Below the pieces are notes generated by a model. It was not told where the DNA came from and did not search any database. It was given only the letters and a program-made list of their open reading frames with translations. A stretch of DNA of 64,000 nt from NCBI RefSeq assembly GCF_032191835.1, contig NC_083237.1:42718001-42782000 (forward strand). The letters are read 5' to 3'. The stretch comes from Heteronotia binoei (taxonomy: Eukaryota). The position numbers and the translations under genes are program-made. Numbering within the stretch: the first letter of the stretch is position 1; each line of letters opens with the position of its first letter. Of the stretch, positions 48,227 through 60,790 are shown piece after piece.

Positions 48227-49105
48227 TAGAGCTGCCAAGCTCCCGCCAGGGCCCCAACGTGCCATCAGGGAACAGTAGGGTTGCCAAGTCCAATTCAAGG
48301 AATATCTGGGGACTTTGGGGGTGGAGCCAGGAGACTTTGGGGGTGGAGCCAGGAGACACTGGGGGCGGAGCCAGGAGCAAGGGTATGACAAGCATAATTG
48401 AACTCCAAGGGAGTTCTGGCCATCACATTTAAAGGGACAGCACACCTTTTAGAATGCCTTCCTTCCACAGAAAATAATGAAGGATAGGGGCACCTTCTTT
48501 TGGGGCTCCATAGAATTGGACCCCCTGGTCCAATCTTTTTGAAACTTGGGAGGTATTTTGGGGAGAGGCACTAGATGCTATACTGAAAATTTGGCGCCTC
48601 TACCTCAAAAAACAGCCTCCCCAGAGCCCCTGACGCCCGCGGATCAATTCCCCATCATTCCCTATGGGAATCGTTCCTGGAGGTGCATAATGGCTATGGG
48701 GGTGGAGCTTCCCCCGCTGGCCAGCTGGCTGGGGGAGGGGGGAAGCCTGTAAAACCAGGGGATCCCCCGCTGGAACCTGGGGATTGGGAAGCCTAGGGAA
48801 CAGGCCACAGAGCTCCTTCACTCCGCACCATCTCCTGTGTGATGACATCACCTGGAAGTGAAATTATTTTGCTGGGGATGTCACAATGGGGACACTCTAG
48901 AACTCATGGTAAAACACTATGTTATCATAGAGTTTTATCACAAACCTAGAGTGTCCCCAGCGCAATGCTTTAGGAATCACGGTAAAACTCTATGGTACCT
49001 AGTGTGACATCCCCGGTGCAATGACGTCAGCTATGGGTGATGTCATCATGCCCCGAGAGAGAGAACAGTCCCCCACCGCAGTAGCGGAGGGACTTGGCAA
49101 CCCTA
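48227..49105. mobile_element. hAT-like MITE containing a nested MITE of the same TIR family (48276-48795)
   Basis: Outer TSD CCATGGGA and inner TSD GGGAACAG are both perfect; TAGGGTTGCCA-type TIRs. Confidence 0.88.
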
Positions 49106-49995
49106 CCATGGGAACAGTTTACTGCCTTGTGCACTCCTAAAGGAACAGCTGCTTGCCAACTGACTGCCTTTCTCCTGGAACTCTTTTAAAAATAGTATGT
49201 CTGAGAAGGTGCAGGACTATGTGGCACAGAGAACCATGGCCAGTATCAAAAGTTATAAAGTATTTATTAAAAAGGAAATGTTTACACGCATGCTTTTAGA
49301 CCAGCAATAGACTTTAGCAACCTCCTGCCATGCTCAGAGGCATTCTGGGAGGCAACGACACCCTCAGTAAAAGTGTCCTGCCACCATACCCATGCCTCCC
49401 ATCATGCTCTCCCTCCTGAAGGGAGGGCCAGAGATCTGGGAGGGGAAAAGAAGCCTCATCATGCTTATCCTCACCAGCCCCAGTTAGTCTAAACTGGCAA
49501 AATGAAGACAACAATCAATAAGCTTCTCCTCACTAGCCCTACCATATTTGGGCCATATTTGGGGTAAAGGTTGGAACCTCTGGTCTCCTCCTTTCTGAAT
49601 GCATCATTGAGGGGGCTGCTGGGAGAGGCAAACTTCATGGGCAGTGACCCACCAGGATTTTTTCTCATAAATAGCCAATTTTTCTCAACCATGCATATTT
49701 AAACACCTTACTACATCCATTGACTTCCGTGGATTGGAATACCACCATCAATGTATTGAAAAGACATATCCATGACTTTGTTCTTTCCTGCATTTATAGA
49801 TATTGCAGAACCCCAGACTGGGACTGAGACTCTAAACAGGGCCCATACTCTGCACAGCATAACTCTCTTATTATTAACATTTAACAAAAAATTATATTTC
49901 TAATCAATGCTTGTTTTTGAGTCAAATGTGCATCAAGGACATAAACAATTGCACATCATGAAGAAAGGGTGTGAATGGCATAACAATGATGTAAA

Positions 49996-50180
49996 CAGTG
50001 TTCCCTCTAAGCTGAGCTGGTGTGAGCTAGCTCACAATTTTTTAGCCTCCGGCTTTCACATTTTTGTCTCAGCTCAGGAAATATGGCCCCAGAGCAAGCT
50101 AATTGATGCAGTAGCTCACAACTTTAATGCCAGTCGCTCAGAAAGTACAATTTTGCTCACAAGGCTTAGAGGGAACATTG
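49996..50180. mobile_element. hAT-like MITE (CAGTGTTCCCTCTAAG TIR)
   Basis: TSD gatgtaaa/gatgtaga; a second copy lies at ~58199-58392. Confidence 0.8.
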
Positions 50181-52727
50181 GATGTAGAGTTTTAAAATGA
50201 AACAAACATGGAAAAATTGTCAAACCAGGTAATCATGAGGAAAATGAGGAAATGAGGTAATCATGAGGAAAATCCTGACTATGCACAAACATGAAAAGAA
50301 ACATAAAATACATGAGAAGGATCCTGCAAGGGTTTGTGTGTTTTTTTTTTTTTTTTGGGGGGGGGGGGGGAAGGAGATGGTCCTTTTTAACAACCCCAAG
50401 ACATCATGGGACCTGACTACACAAAGACCATGTGGGGCAATGACTATAGTAAGGAGAAGAAGAATCAAGTGGAGTGAAGATTGATGGGACACAACTACAT
50501 ATTCATACACCCATTAAAGGAACATTTTGAACACAATAGGAAGCAAGATGATTCCTGCTACCAGAGCGTTGATTGATGATGAAGGGAGTGGAAAATAGAC
50601 TGATTCCCAGGCACAATTCAGTGTGCTGGCTCCAACCTTTAGAGCCACAGATAGATTGGGGCCAGGGTACATAAAGGATCATTTTCTCCCATATTGTCCA
50701 GCCCACCAGTTAAGACCTGCTCCACTAGCCCTGCTCTCTCATGAGCTTTCAGACCTGTGGCAGATGGCAACGAGACGCAGTGATTTTTCAATAGTGACAT
50801 CCCACTTACAGAACACCCCTTCCCCTTGAGGCTTGCCTGACACCTACATTGCTTTCTTTTGGAAATCAGGCCAAGATATTTCTGTTCACCCAGGCTTTTA
50901 ATTAAGGGGTTTAATTAAGAGGCTGTTATTTTATGTTTGTTTCTTAAGATCTACTTTTTAATGATGGGCTGGAATTCTTTTTAATGCTGGGATGCTGCTG
51001 TCTGGGGGCCACATCCCCGGACCAGCCCCTGGTCTCTTCTCTTCCCTCTGCTGCACATGTTCAACAACCTGACGATGCTTACAACCCCTCCAGGGGATCA
51101 CCCACCTTGCCTTCCACCTTTGGGGCTATCCAACTTGGTGGCCCAGGGAAGGAGACATCACTGAATACAGGACCCAGCTCTAGCAATCAAGATACCCCAC
51201 CCAACACCAAGGGGAAGTGCATGGGCAGCCCCCAAACAGATGAAATGACTCCTGTCAGTCACTCCCCATGGTCTGTGGGCTGATGGAGGAGGGGCGAGGT
51301 GAAGTGGGGTTGGGGATTTAACTCAGATGAAAGGCACCTGCTGGGGAGGAAGAGCCCAAGATTCCATTTGAATTGTATACTCAAAGAGAGAAAGGAAGGA
51401 GCAAGGGTGCAAGTGAAAGAGAACCAGGTGATTGAACCTCCCTTCACTCATGGTTTGAGGTGGTGCTGGTCACAATGGGAGAAACTACACACTAGAGCCC
51501 CTGACCCCTTCCTCTGCCTGCCCGAGGTTCCCCAGAGTATGACAGCTTGGTTTGAATTCGTTTGTTTGTTTGTTTGTTTTCAATTTACAGCCTGCCCTTT
51601 CCCAAATGGGCTCTGAGCGGGTAATATCTTTTCCTGTTTTGTTCTTACTATTTTTATTTTGTAAGCTGCCTCAGATGGGATCCTGGATATTTCTGAATAA
51701 AGAAATAATAAATAATTTTCCATCCTATGGTAAGTTAGCTTAACAGTAGTAGAAGTGGGTTTGTGCGTAAACCAAAAAAGCAACGCTTTAGGGTTTCTGA
51801 TCATGAAAGAACTGCATTTTAAAAAATACTAATACATTTTGGGTAATGCTATAGGCCCTCTGAACTTGATACAGCTTTGGCTTTCAGCGCGTCTTAAGCA
51901 AGTCCTGCTTACTGGTAGGGTTGCCAGCCTCCAGGTAGTGGCTGGAGAGCTCTTGCTATTACAAATGATCTCCAAATAATTGCGATTAGTTCACCTGGAG
52001 AAAATGGCCACAGGAAAGTGGACTGTATGGCACTATACCCCACTGAAGACCCTCCCTCCCCTTTCCAAACCCCACCTTTCTCAGACTCCACCCCTAAAAT
52101 CTCCAGGTAGTTCCCAACTCAGAGCTGGCAGTCTGCTTACTAGTAGTAGACTAGATTTACACAACATGTAGTAGGCTGGAGTTGCAGGAGATACACTGCT
52201 GTGGTGTGGTTAGAATGGCTGACTAGGATCAGAGAGAGCAGGTTCAAATCCCATTCCCTTTGCTAGGAATCTTAGAGGGTTCTGTCTCTGGCCCAGTCAC
52301 TCCCTTTCAGCCTAACCTGTCTCACAAGGTTATTGTGGGGATACAATGGAGGGAAGGAAGTTCTGAGCTCCTTTGGAAAAGGGTAAGAGTAAAATTTGAT
52401 AAATAATGTGCTGATTGGCCCCAAGGTCAATACCTGACAGAAAATAATAAGGAAAGCTCAGTGATAGTTTTAATGAGGGGGAAGAAATCTTTTCATGGAT
52501 ATTGAGAACAGATCTTTTTCTTATATTAGGGACATTGTTGAACTACAGCCAGTCTCATGAATTCAAATGGCTGAAAACTTTAAAATTGATTCTTCTATCA
52601 ATGGTTCAAGAGAACAAATATGATTTAGTGACTAGACAGCTGAACATAAGCTACATCCAGGGTTCAAACTCCCCTTCAGCCATAAAGTTCATTGGATGAC
52701 CCCAAACATTCTCTCTCAGTCAACCCC

Positions 52728-52843
52728 CAGGGCCTTTTTTGTAGAAAAAGCCCAGCAGGAACTCATTTGCATATTAGGCCACACCCTCGATGCCAAGCCA
52801 GCTGGAACTACATTCCTGTGCATTCTATCTCAAAAAAGCCCTG
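52728..52843. mobile_element. hAT-like MITE, short CAGGGCTTTTT variant
   Basis: TIRs; flanking 8-mer gtcaaccc repeated; ATTTGCAT at 52765-52772. Another copy at 55449-55566. Confidence 0.75.
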
Positions 52844-55597
52844 GTCAACCCTTACTGTTTTGATGGTGAATGAGGGAAAGGAACTGGGCATGCTGCTCGA
52901 TGCAGATGGGATGAAAATGGTTTTGGAAAACTGAGACAAAAGTTATAATTTCTGCAGTACCTTCAGGGATCCTTGTATCTAGAATATGTTATAGGCATCA
53001 AAAATTAAGAATGGGATAGAGCCAATTTCCTCCCAAAACTTAATATGCCCTATAACTTCACTCCCAAAAACACTTACTTAGAAAAAATTCTCCTCCCCCT
53101 GAAGGCTAATTTTAAGTAAATAGCTTTAGGATTGATTCCAAAAACAACAGTACTTATGATGGCTCACTTTCTATGGACCTGTGAACCAGCAAACTCAGCT
53201 GATAGTGTTTTTCACATGAATAACCAGAAAACCAGCTTCATAAGACTGGGTCCACCGATCAAGCTATCATGTCTTCTTCTTGTTCATATTCACCATAGCC
53301 TGTTTCCTGGACATCTGTTGGCTTCATCCTGTCAGCTTCTTCTTGGCTACTTGAAACTATGAGGTAATGGGAATCTACAGGCAAAGAAAAGTCAGCATTA
53401 GAACTCTGATTCATATGTTTGAGGTGCTAATTCTAGTAATGACTTTTAATAGTTTGTAGAGGAAGGGAGACACTCTCTAATGGTACGCGCTGGAGTGACA
53501 GCGTGCACTATGGATCAGCAGAGTTAGGAAGAAGCCTGAGCCCCATGTTCTCTAAACATGATTACCAACACCAAAGTGGTAAGATTTCCTGAAATTAGAA
53601 CCACTCACCAGACTACAGAGATCAAATTCCTTGGAGGAGATGGCACTTTTGGAGGGCACTGTATGAATTATCATAAGATCTAGGAGAAATAAAAGTCCTA
53701 GAGGGACACTGCATCCTCTCTGAACTCCCTCTCCTTCTCAAACTCTGTCCTCCTCAGATGACCAAATCTCCAGCAATTTCACCAAGCCAGAGCTCCCAAA
53801 CCTATCTCAGAAGGGCCACAAGTCTGAACTCCCACCAATGGAGTGTGAGAGAATCATAGTCCTCTTGTGCGTGCCTTCCAACAGTGAGGAAGTGATCTCT
53901 CCAGGCATTCCTGTAATACCACAGGGGAGTTTAGAAGTGTTTTCTAGTGTAGGATTGCCAGGCATTGCCAGGCAGGATTGCCTGTGCCTGGCAATCCCAG
54001 AAGGTTTGAGGAGTTGTTCCAGGATGTTTTTTGTTTAAATCTGTCTGAAAGGGCTACTAAACTCCAATTTTATTCTGCAGCTTTATAGAATCCCTAGTGA
54101 CTGAGAGTGTGACATGTCTGGCAAAATGCTGAACACGGGCATGTCAATTAACAAAAACCAATTGGTTGTGGATTTGTGTCTCTCTTTTGATTAGATAAAG
54201 TTCTTTCATATTACCTATCTACTGACTTACTCTGTCCCCTCCCAATGACTTCATCTTGAGCAACTTTGTAGTAAGATGCTGTAATAATAATCAGAACCAA
54301 AGATTTCATAACATTTACTGAGATAGTCAAAAGAAAGGCAAATGTTTTGATTGTATAGTGTCTCAGGTTCAATCCCTGACATCATCAGTTAAAAATATAT
54401 CTTGTAACAAGCTGCCAATCACAGTAGACAGTACTGACCTAGAAAGAACTGTGTTCTAGGCAGCAGTCATTTTGTAGAAAAATAGGTGGTGGAGCTCATC
54501 CATGGATTGTTATGCAGCTGCACATACTATTCAATGGACAAGGAGGTGGAACTCTCAGAAGGAGGAGGTGGAACTCTCAGAAAGGTTCAGGAGCTGTGCT
54601 CCTGTGAGCTCCCGCTGAATCTGAGGTCTGGTTCTAGGTATAAAGTCTCAGGTTCGATTTCTGGCATCACCAGTTAAAAAATATCTTCTAACAAACTGCC
54701 AATCAGAGTAGACAGTACTGACCTAGAAAGAACAGTGGCCTAACTTAGTATTACGATGTTTCTTTGATGTTACCAATCGTTATTGTTGCTTAATTATGGG
54801 TGAACTATGCTATCAACAACAACAAGGCTTCTTGTGTTTTGTTATTTGGTTAGTTAATGTCTGAATGTATATCCCCATCAACTAGTCAGCAGTGGCCATT
54901 GGGAAGAAAATTCAGATGACGAGGGAAGAGATCACAAGGATAGAACCAGAATTAACTGACCCAGAAGAAAGAGAGATGATACGTTGAAATTCAGCTAGCT
55001 TTTCTGCTGGTGAAAAAGGAGGGAATCCCTTTTGACCACCCAAAAGGCTCTGTTGGATCTCAGGAGACTTTCACAGACAAAAGTCAAATGGGGTGGGAGC
55101 TGTAATAGGAGGGGAACTGAGTGAGACTGAGCAAAAAAGCTGGCTGGTTCCAACCCAATGAGTTCTGACAAGTTCAACTGCAAGATGCTTTGGCTTTATT
55201 TCTATTTAGCCAAGTCAAGAAACAAGAGGGAAGGTTATCAGCTTAGTCCAAGAACAACCTAAATGGAGCCCCTGTGAGATCTACCCAAAAGATCTTCTGT
55301 GCTTCATTTCCTCTCCCTGTTGTCCTTGCCTGAAGAGTCACTATAAGTCCTTTTCTGGTCCACATCTGAGGTGCAATTTCCAGCCAGTACTGAAAGAGTA
55401 AAGAAGACATAACAAATCAAGGGATCTCCAAAAGTTTGGTTATTGCAGCAGGGCTTTTTTTTTGTAGAAAAAGCCCAGCAGGAACTCACTTGCATATTAG
55501 GCAACACTCCCTGCCCTCAAGCCAGCCCGACTGCGTTCCTGTGTGTTCCCGCTTTTAAAAGTCCTGAACTGCAGAGCAGATGGCCTTGGCATCTCAC

Positions 55598-55683
55598 TGT
55601 GATACATGCAATGGCTAAAAAGAAGCTAACAGCAGCAAAGATTACAGCTAAAATCAAGCCCAGTGGCATAAAGGCAGCTTTGA
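55598..55683 (-). CDS. Candidate transmembrane exon (KAAFMPLGLILAVIFAAVSFFLAIACIT)
   Basis: Hydrophobic run of ~23 aa bounded by tttcaatag| and |gtgaga. The phase-1 start is compatible with the FN2 exon. No homology recognised. Confidence 0.25.
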
Positions 55684-56189
55684 CTATTGAAAGCTCATAC
55701 AACATGAACCTTGTTGATCTTTAAGATGCTACTGGGTTCTTCTACTATAGACAAACACAGATCCCCTCTGAAACTATCGCTTAAGAACTGAGGCGGACCA
55801 TAGAAGAAATGTCTCTAAAGCTATTTAAGCAGGAACCTGGGAATTCTGTGTTAAAAGAAACCTAGCTGCACCAACATGTGGAAATACTCAGCTGAAAGCT
55901 GGGAATCAGTCTGCTTTGCCTTTTCATTAGGTCACAATTACCTATTATTAGAGCAGCATTTCAGTGCATCTGCTACTATGTCTTAAAACTGCTTTGTTCA
56001 GCGCCAGAAGCTGCTGTTCTAGTTCCACAGCACAAGAGCTATGAAATTGGCAAGTTGTTTACTAAACTGGCTTGTTTCATTGCAGAAGTAGTTCATTTTT
56101 TTTTTAAGTTAGAATTTTGTTTGGGACCCCCCCCCCCCTCGCCTTTATAAACCTTTTTTTTAAAGCAAAATGCCCTTTAAAAAAGGAAA

Positions 56190-58130
56190 ATTGATCTGAA
56201 ATGGAATGGGTTTGATGCAGTCAGTTTTTCTGCTGGTGAAAAAGTTTTGAGTGAATCACCTTTGACCACCAAAGAAAGGGTATGCTACATATCAGTACCT
56301 ATCAGACCTAAGAGACCCAGCTGCAACTAAAAAACAGTGTGTCTGTACTCTTTAATCCCATGTTAGTACATCATCTCTATAGTTCTGAGGAAACATTTAT
56401 TCCAGATATAAATGAATATGTTTGAGGAAAATCAAAGTCACTGGCTTCACATCTGACCTCCAGGGTTTCAAGATGCCATTTGTAATGGAATGACACACAA
56501 TCCATTTTCCACATTTCATGTTGTGTGTAAGGCATCTATGTACATTCAGGTACACACATTTTATTTGTTTTAGTACATTTCCATCCTGCCCTCCCATTAT
56601 GGTAAGATTGGGAAATTCAGCCCATACCCAGCCACGCCGTAACAGCGGCCGTAGGCGAGAGGGCCACGGTTGCCTCCTTGTTGGAGGAGAAGACTGCGCT
56701 GTTCCCCGGACATCTGGGGCTTACTGGCGGGCACAGCGTTGGGACTATAAGAGTCCCAGCCCTGCCCAGGCTTTGGATAAGCTGGGGCTCAAGGGGGTCA
56801 AATTTGGAACCCATTCATTTAGTATCGGAGTGGCCTCCACAGTGGTGGCGATGGGGTCCCGGGCCCTGAAATACAGAGGGTTGGCAGGTGGCATTCTGCG
56901 GCCTACCGCTCATATGTGCGTCCTTTGCTTCCTCCAGTTTAGGCACGGCTAACTTTTTCTTAACAAAGTTAGGCTGTGATGGGCATGTTTGGTTCTTGGT
57001 CGACTGTTTTTTTCCTTCCACGTGCGGTGGCTCGTCAGGAGAGGCTGCGTATCCTCATCTGCGGGCACAGTTTTGTGTTCTGGGTGGCCCACTTTGCTCG
57101 GAGGTCCTCAGTTGGTTCTCAATTGGGCCTCAGTGAATGGGCCATGGTTGAGTGGCAGGGTCGCCGTGGGCTTCATTGGCCCGGTCTACTGCCTCTCTTA
57201 TTTCAGGGGAGGAGTGTTTCTCCTCCTGATATACTGGGCATACACCTTGGAGGGAAGGACCTTGGGTGGATGAAAGGAAAAGCCTTTTCTCTGCAGGCGG
57301 TAGCGGACCTGCAGGTCATAATGGGGAGGTAGCCTGGGGTTTGCCTAGTGTGGTCCGCCATTCTGCCTCGTCGGGTCTGGTGAGGGGCGTGGGACCCAGC
57401 AGGCATCGAAAGGGCCAGGAGAAAAGCGAATCAGGCCCTTCAAAAGACAATGGAGAGTGGCCTTGGGATTTTCTTGCCGCACCCAGCAATTCAGGTCAGC
57501 TGTGGTGCGCTGTATAGACCCGACGGAGCGCATCTATCCGATGCAGGTAATAGGGCCTTTTTGGAGGAGCTTCAGCAGGGGCTTCGGGCGGCTCTGGGCT
57601 GCCCAGTGGGGCACTAATACCTAAGCAGAGGCTTGGCATTTGCATTGGCAGAATGAGCAAGGGGTTACAGAAGCCCAGGTGAGCACCCAGGGCACCGCAC
57701 CAGTTGAGTGCAAGCAATCGGCAGGAGCGGCAGATGGGCTCCATGGCTCAGTGTTGAAGAATGCCAATTGTGTGATCCCCCCCCCCACAAGACTGGCTCT
57801 TCCTGGGTGATTATGCCAGTGTGGGGTAGGATGATCTGGCCTGGCCAGCCAACCATGAGCCAAACCTGTGGCTCATGTCAGGGGCAGGGTGGCTCGCTCA
57901 CACCTGGACAAGGAAGGGTCATGGGATGACCCCGGGGCTTGTCCGGCTTCTGGTAACCCTTGCTGTGCTAGTTACAGTATAGTTATATTCAATAAAGGCC
58001 CATTTTTACCAAACATATGTTGTTAGTCTCTTCATTCCAACTTGGGGGGGCAAATGGTACTTTTCCTTGCTGGGGAATTCCCTTAAACTAAGGGTTCCCT
58101 GGAAAGTGCCTGGGTAACCAGCCCCAACCA
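56190..58130 (+). repeat. Paralogue of 43780-44260 interrupted by a Ngaro remnant
   Basis: gggtatgctacatatcagtacctatcagacctaagagacccagctgcaa is identical at ~43876 and ~56278; homology resumes after 58054. Confidence 0.85.
56605..58053 (+). mobile_element. Second, divergent Ngaro remnant (YR C-terminus, SGNH ORF, single B-type end)
   Basis: GTHSFSIGVAS...IQRVGRWHSAAYRSYVRP, ILICGHSFVFW and LYRPDGAHLS. AATAAA is followed by terminal GGGGGGGCAA, as in repeat B of the first element. Confidence 0.88.
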
Positions 58131-59219
58131 TGAGAACATCTAGACTGACCTATAGAAAAGGTAGTCTTCCAGGGTGGTACTAGAGTAATAATAACTTAGA
58201 GTGTTCCCTCTAAATTGAGTTAGTGTGAGCTAGCTCACAGATTTTTAGCCTCAAGCTCACACATTTTTGCCTAAGCTCAGGCAAAATGGCCACAGAGCAA
58301 ACTAATTTATGCAGTAGCTCACAACTTTAATGCCAGTAGCTTACAAAGTAGAATTTTTGCTCACAAGACTCTGCAGCTTAGCGGGAACACTAGACTAACC
58401 CAGCAGTCTAGTACATGGGGAAGAAATTAAAAGAAATATCCCAGGGAAATAGATTGTACTAAATGAAGCCCAAGAAAAGTCTTTATTTAAAAAAGGTTTA
58501 TCATGAATGAGGGTGGGGGAGAAAAGATAAAAAGTGTCTGGATTCAAAAAGGGTTAGGAAAACACAAAACAAAATACAAGGAATAACACACAGCAACAAT
58601 AGCACAGATACAATCACATGAAAAGCAATACTACTGAACTAATTAAGATGAACACACATTACCTATTCTGTAGCAGGTTCCTCAGAGCATGTGCAGAGTT
58701 CCTTGTAGTCCTTAATGCTTAACTAATTTCCTGTGGACCCAATTTCTACTGAAGACTGAAAACTGAAGACAAGGGAAAATCCCTAAAGTCCAGATATTTA
58801 TGCTAAATGGACTTAAACCAACCTCCTTTCTAAGTAGGATGAGATTTCTCCAAGCCCACACAAGTCCCATCTCTGATGTCAGAGTGTGCTGTTATGAATC
58901 AGAGCCATATACAGTATAGTTCCCATCTCCCTCAAGGACCTGGTAATGGCTCTGAACTTCCATGACAAATAAATGGTCTTGTCCAAACTGGATCCTCTTT
59001 TATCCAAAAGGGGTTAAGTCAGGCAGGACAGTCCAATGTGGAATAGAATAGTTCATTCTAATGGAATCTAGGGGTCCAGTCACTCTAAGTGGCACTCTTG
59101 AGCCTTAGCAAGTTTTTGGATTTCTATCACACCTCCCTCCAAGAAGCTCAAAGCAGCATACATGATTCTCTTCTTTCTTCCACTGTATCCCCATAACAAA
59201 CTTGTGAGGTAGGCAGATT

Positions 59220-60110
59220 ATTATTATTTATTACAATTAACGAATCACACTATCCCGGCTAGCACCAGGTTCCAGGTGATGAACAACAATAAAAAAATAC
59301 ATATATATATAAAATCAATTACAGTAAAAAAAAATTACAAACCCTGATGGCATCTTTAAAGTGCTCTTAGTACATCATGTCAGGGGTGGGGGGATCCCCC
59401 CAAGAGGGAATGGAGAGGAAAAGGTGCCAGCACGGCAACCGTCGCTGTCCCTATACAAAGGCTTGGTAAAACATCTCTGCCTTACAGGTCCTGTGAAACT
59501 GTAAAAGATCCCGCAGGGCCCTAATGTCTTCTGGCAGAGCGTTCCACCAAGTTGGGGCCAGGACTGAAAAAGCCCTGGCCCTTGTTGAGGACAGCCAGAC
59601 CTCTTTCGTGCCAGGGATCACCAGCAGATTTTGACTATTGGAGCGGATTGCCCTTCCAGGGACATAGTGGAGGAGGCGGTCCAGTAGATGCATCGGTCCC
59701 AGATCACTCAAGGCCTTGAAGGTCGTAACCAAAACCTTGAATCTCACCCGGTACTCAACTGGCAACCAGTGTAGCTGGCGCAGCACAGGTAGAATATGTG
59801 ACATCCATGGTGTTCTTGTCAGGACTCATGCTGCCGCATTCTGAACCCATTGGAGCTTTCGGATCAGACGCAAGGGTAGGCCAGCATAGGGTGGGTTACA
59901 GTAGTCTAGTTTGGAGGTGACCATTGCATGGATTACTGTGGCTGGGTCTGAGTGAGGGGAGCTAGCTGCCAACCTTGACGAAGATGAAAATATGCCACCT
60001 TGGCAATATGTGTGTGACCTGGGCCTCCATTGAAAGTGAGGTGTCCAGTGTCACTCCTAAGCTCTTGACTGTAGGCACGGGTGTTAGTAGCGCCCCATCA
60101 AGATAGAGAA
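59220..60110 (-). mobile_element. Degenerate L2 LINE fragment
   Basis: LRQLHWLPVEYRVRFKVLV and VKSLGVTLD..LSMEAQ; other L2 scraps at ~28400, ~29000 and ~50600-50950. Confidence 0.85.
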
Positions 60111-60625
60111 TGACTGGCCAAAGATCCCTCAGCAAATTTTGTGGCAAGTGGGGGTTTGAAGCTGGATTTCCCAAGTCGTAGTTCAATACTCTGATCCCTA
60201 CATCTCCCTGGCTCTCTATCACATATAGGATCCTATGTGAATAGCATCTTCTGGACCGGGGGTGGATGGGATGAGCATGAAGCACTTGTGTTACCCTGAT
60301 TCTCTTCCAGGTTCTCATTACTGTCTGGGACAAACTGGGCTACTGTGTTGAAGATCATCAAGCATGTTTGCTAATAGCATTGACCTCACATTATGAAGAA
60401 TGAAAATGTGCAGATAGATCTTTCAAAGACTGTAGGGGACTACAGGCATATATCATTGAGACCATAGTCTAGTATATAATGCTATTTCTGTGTCTGACCT
60501 TCCTTTTTACTTTGACTATGGACAGGTAGGAGTTCCCCATCTGCTACCTTATTCATCTTCTAGTTGAATATAAAATATTTGACATATAGTTTATCCCAGA
60601 CACTTACAAAGATGGGCAGACTTAC

Positions 60626-60790
60626 TGGTATCAGCACAGTAGCTCCATTTTTCATCTTTGTCAAAGTTGCTTGTGGTGGCACACCAAAACATCCTGGGTC
60701 TGGAGTTCTCATCTGTGCAAGTATAGAACTTTCGGTGCCGATATACAAATGGAAATACACAAGGCTTTCCATTGGAGTTCCCACCATGTT
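60626..60790 (-). CDS. Fibronectin type II domain exon (ELSPBP1/BSP-like or other FN2 protein)
   Basis: 165-nt phase 1-1 exon (cctcttaacag|...|gtaagt) encoding HGGNSNGKPCVFPFVYRHRKFYTCT...WCATTSNFDKDEKWSYCADT, with all four FN2 Cys and the conserved aromatics. Confidence 0.9.

Noticed and set aside
48316-48380. Short regularly spaced repeats (CRISPR-like appearance)
   Set aside because: Tandem ~22-bp units inside a MITE with no unique spacers; eukaryotic context.
53132-53362. ORF containing PPIKLSC, reminiscent of OR extracellular loop 2
   Set aside because: No other OR motif nearby; chance match.
58660-58760. Acceptor/donor pair downstream of the FN2 exon
   Set aside because: All frames from the good acceptors hit stop codons.
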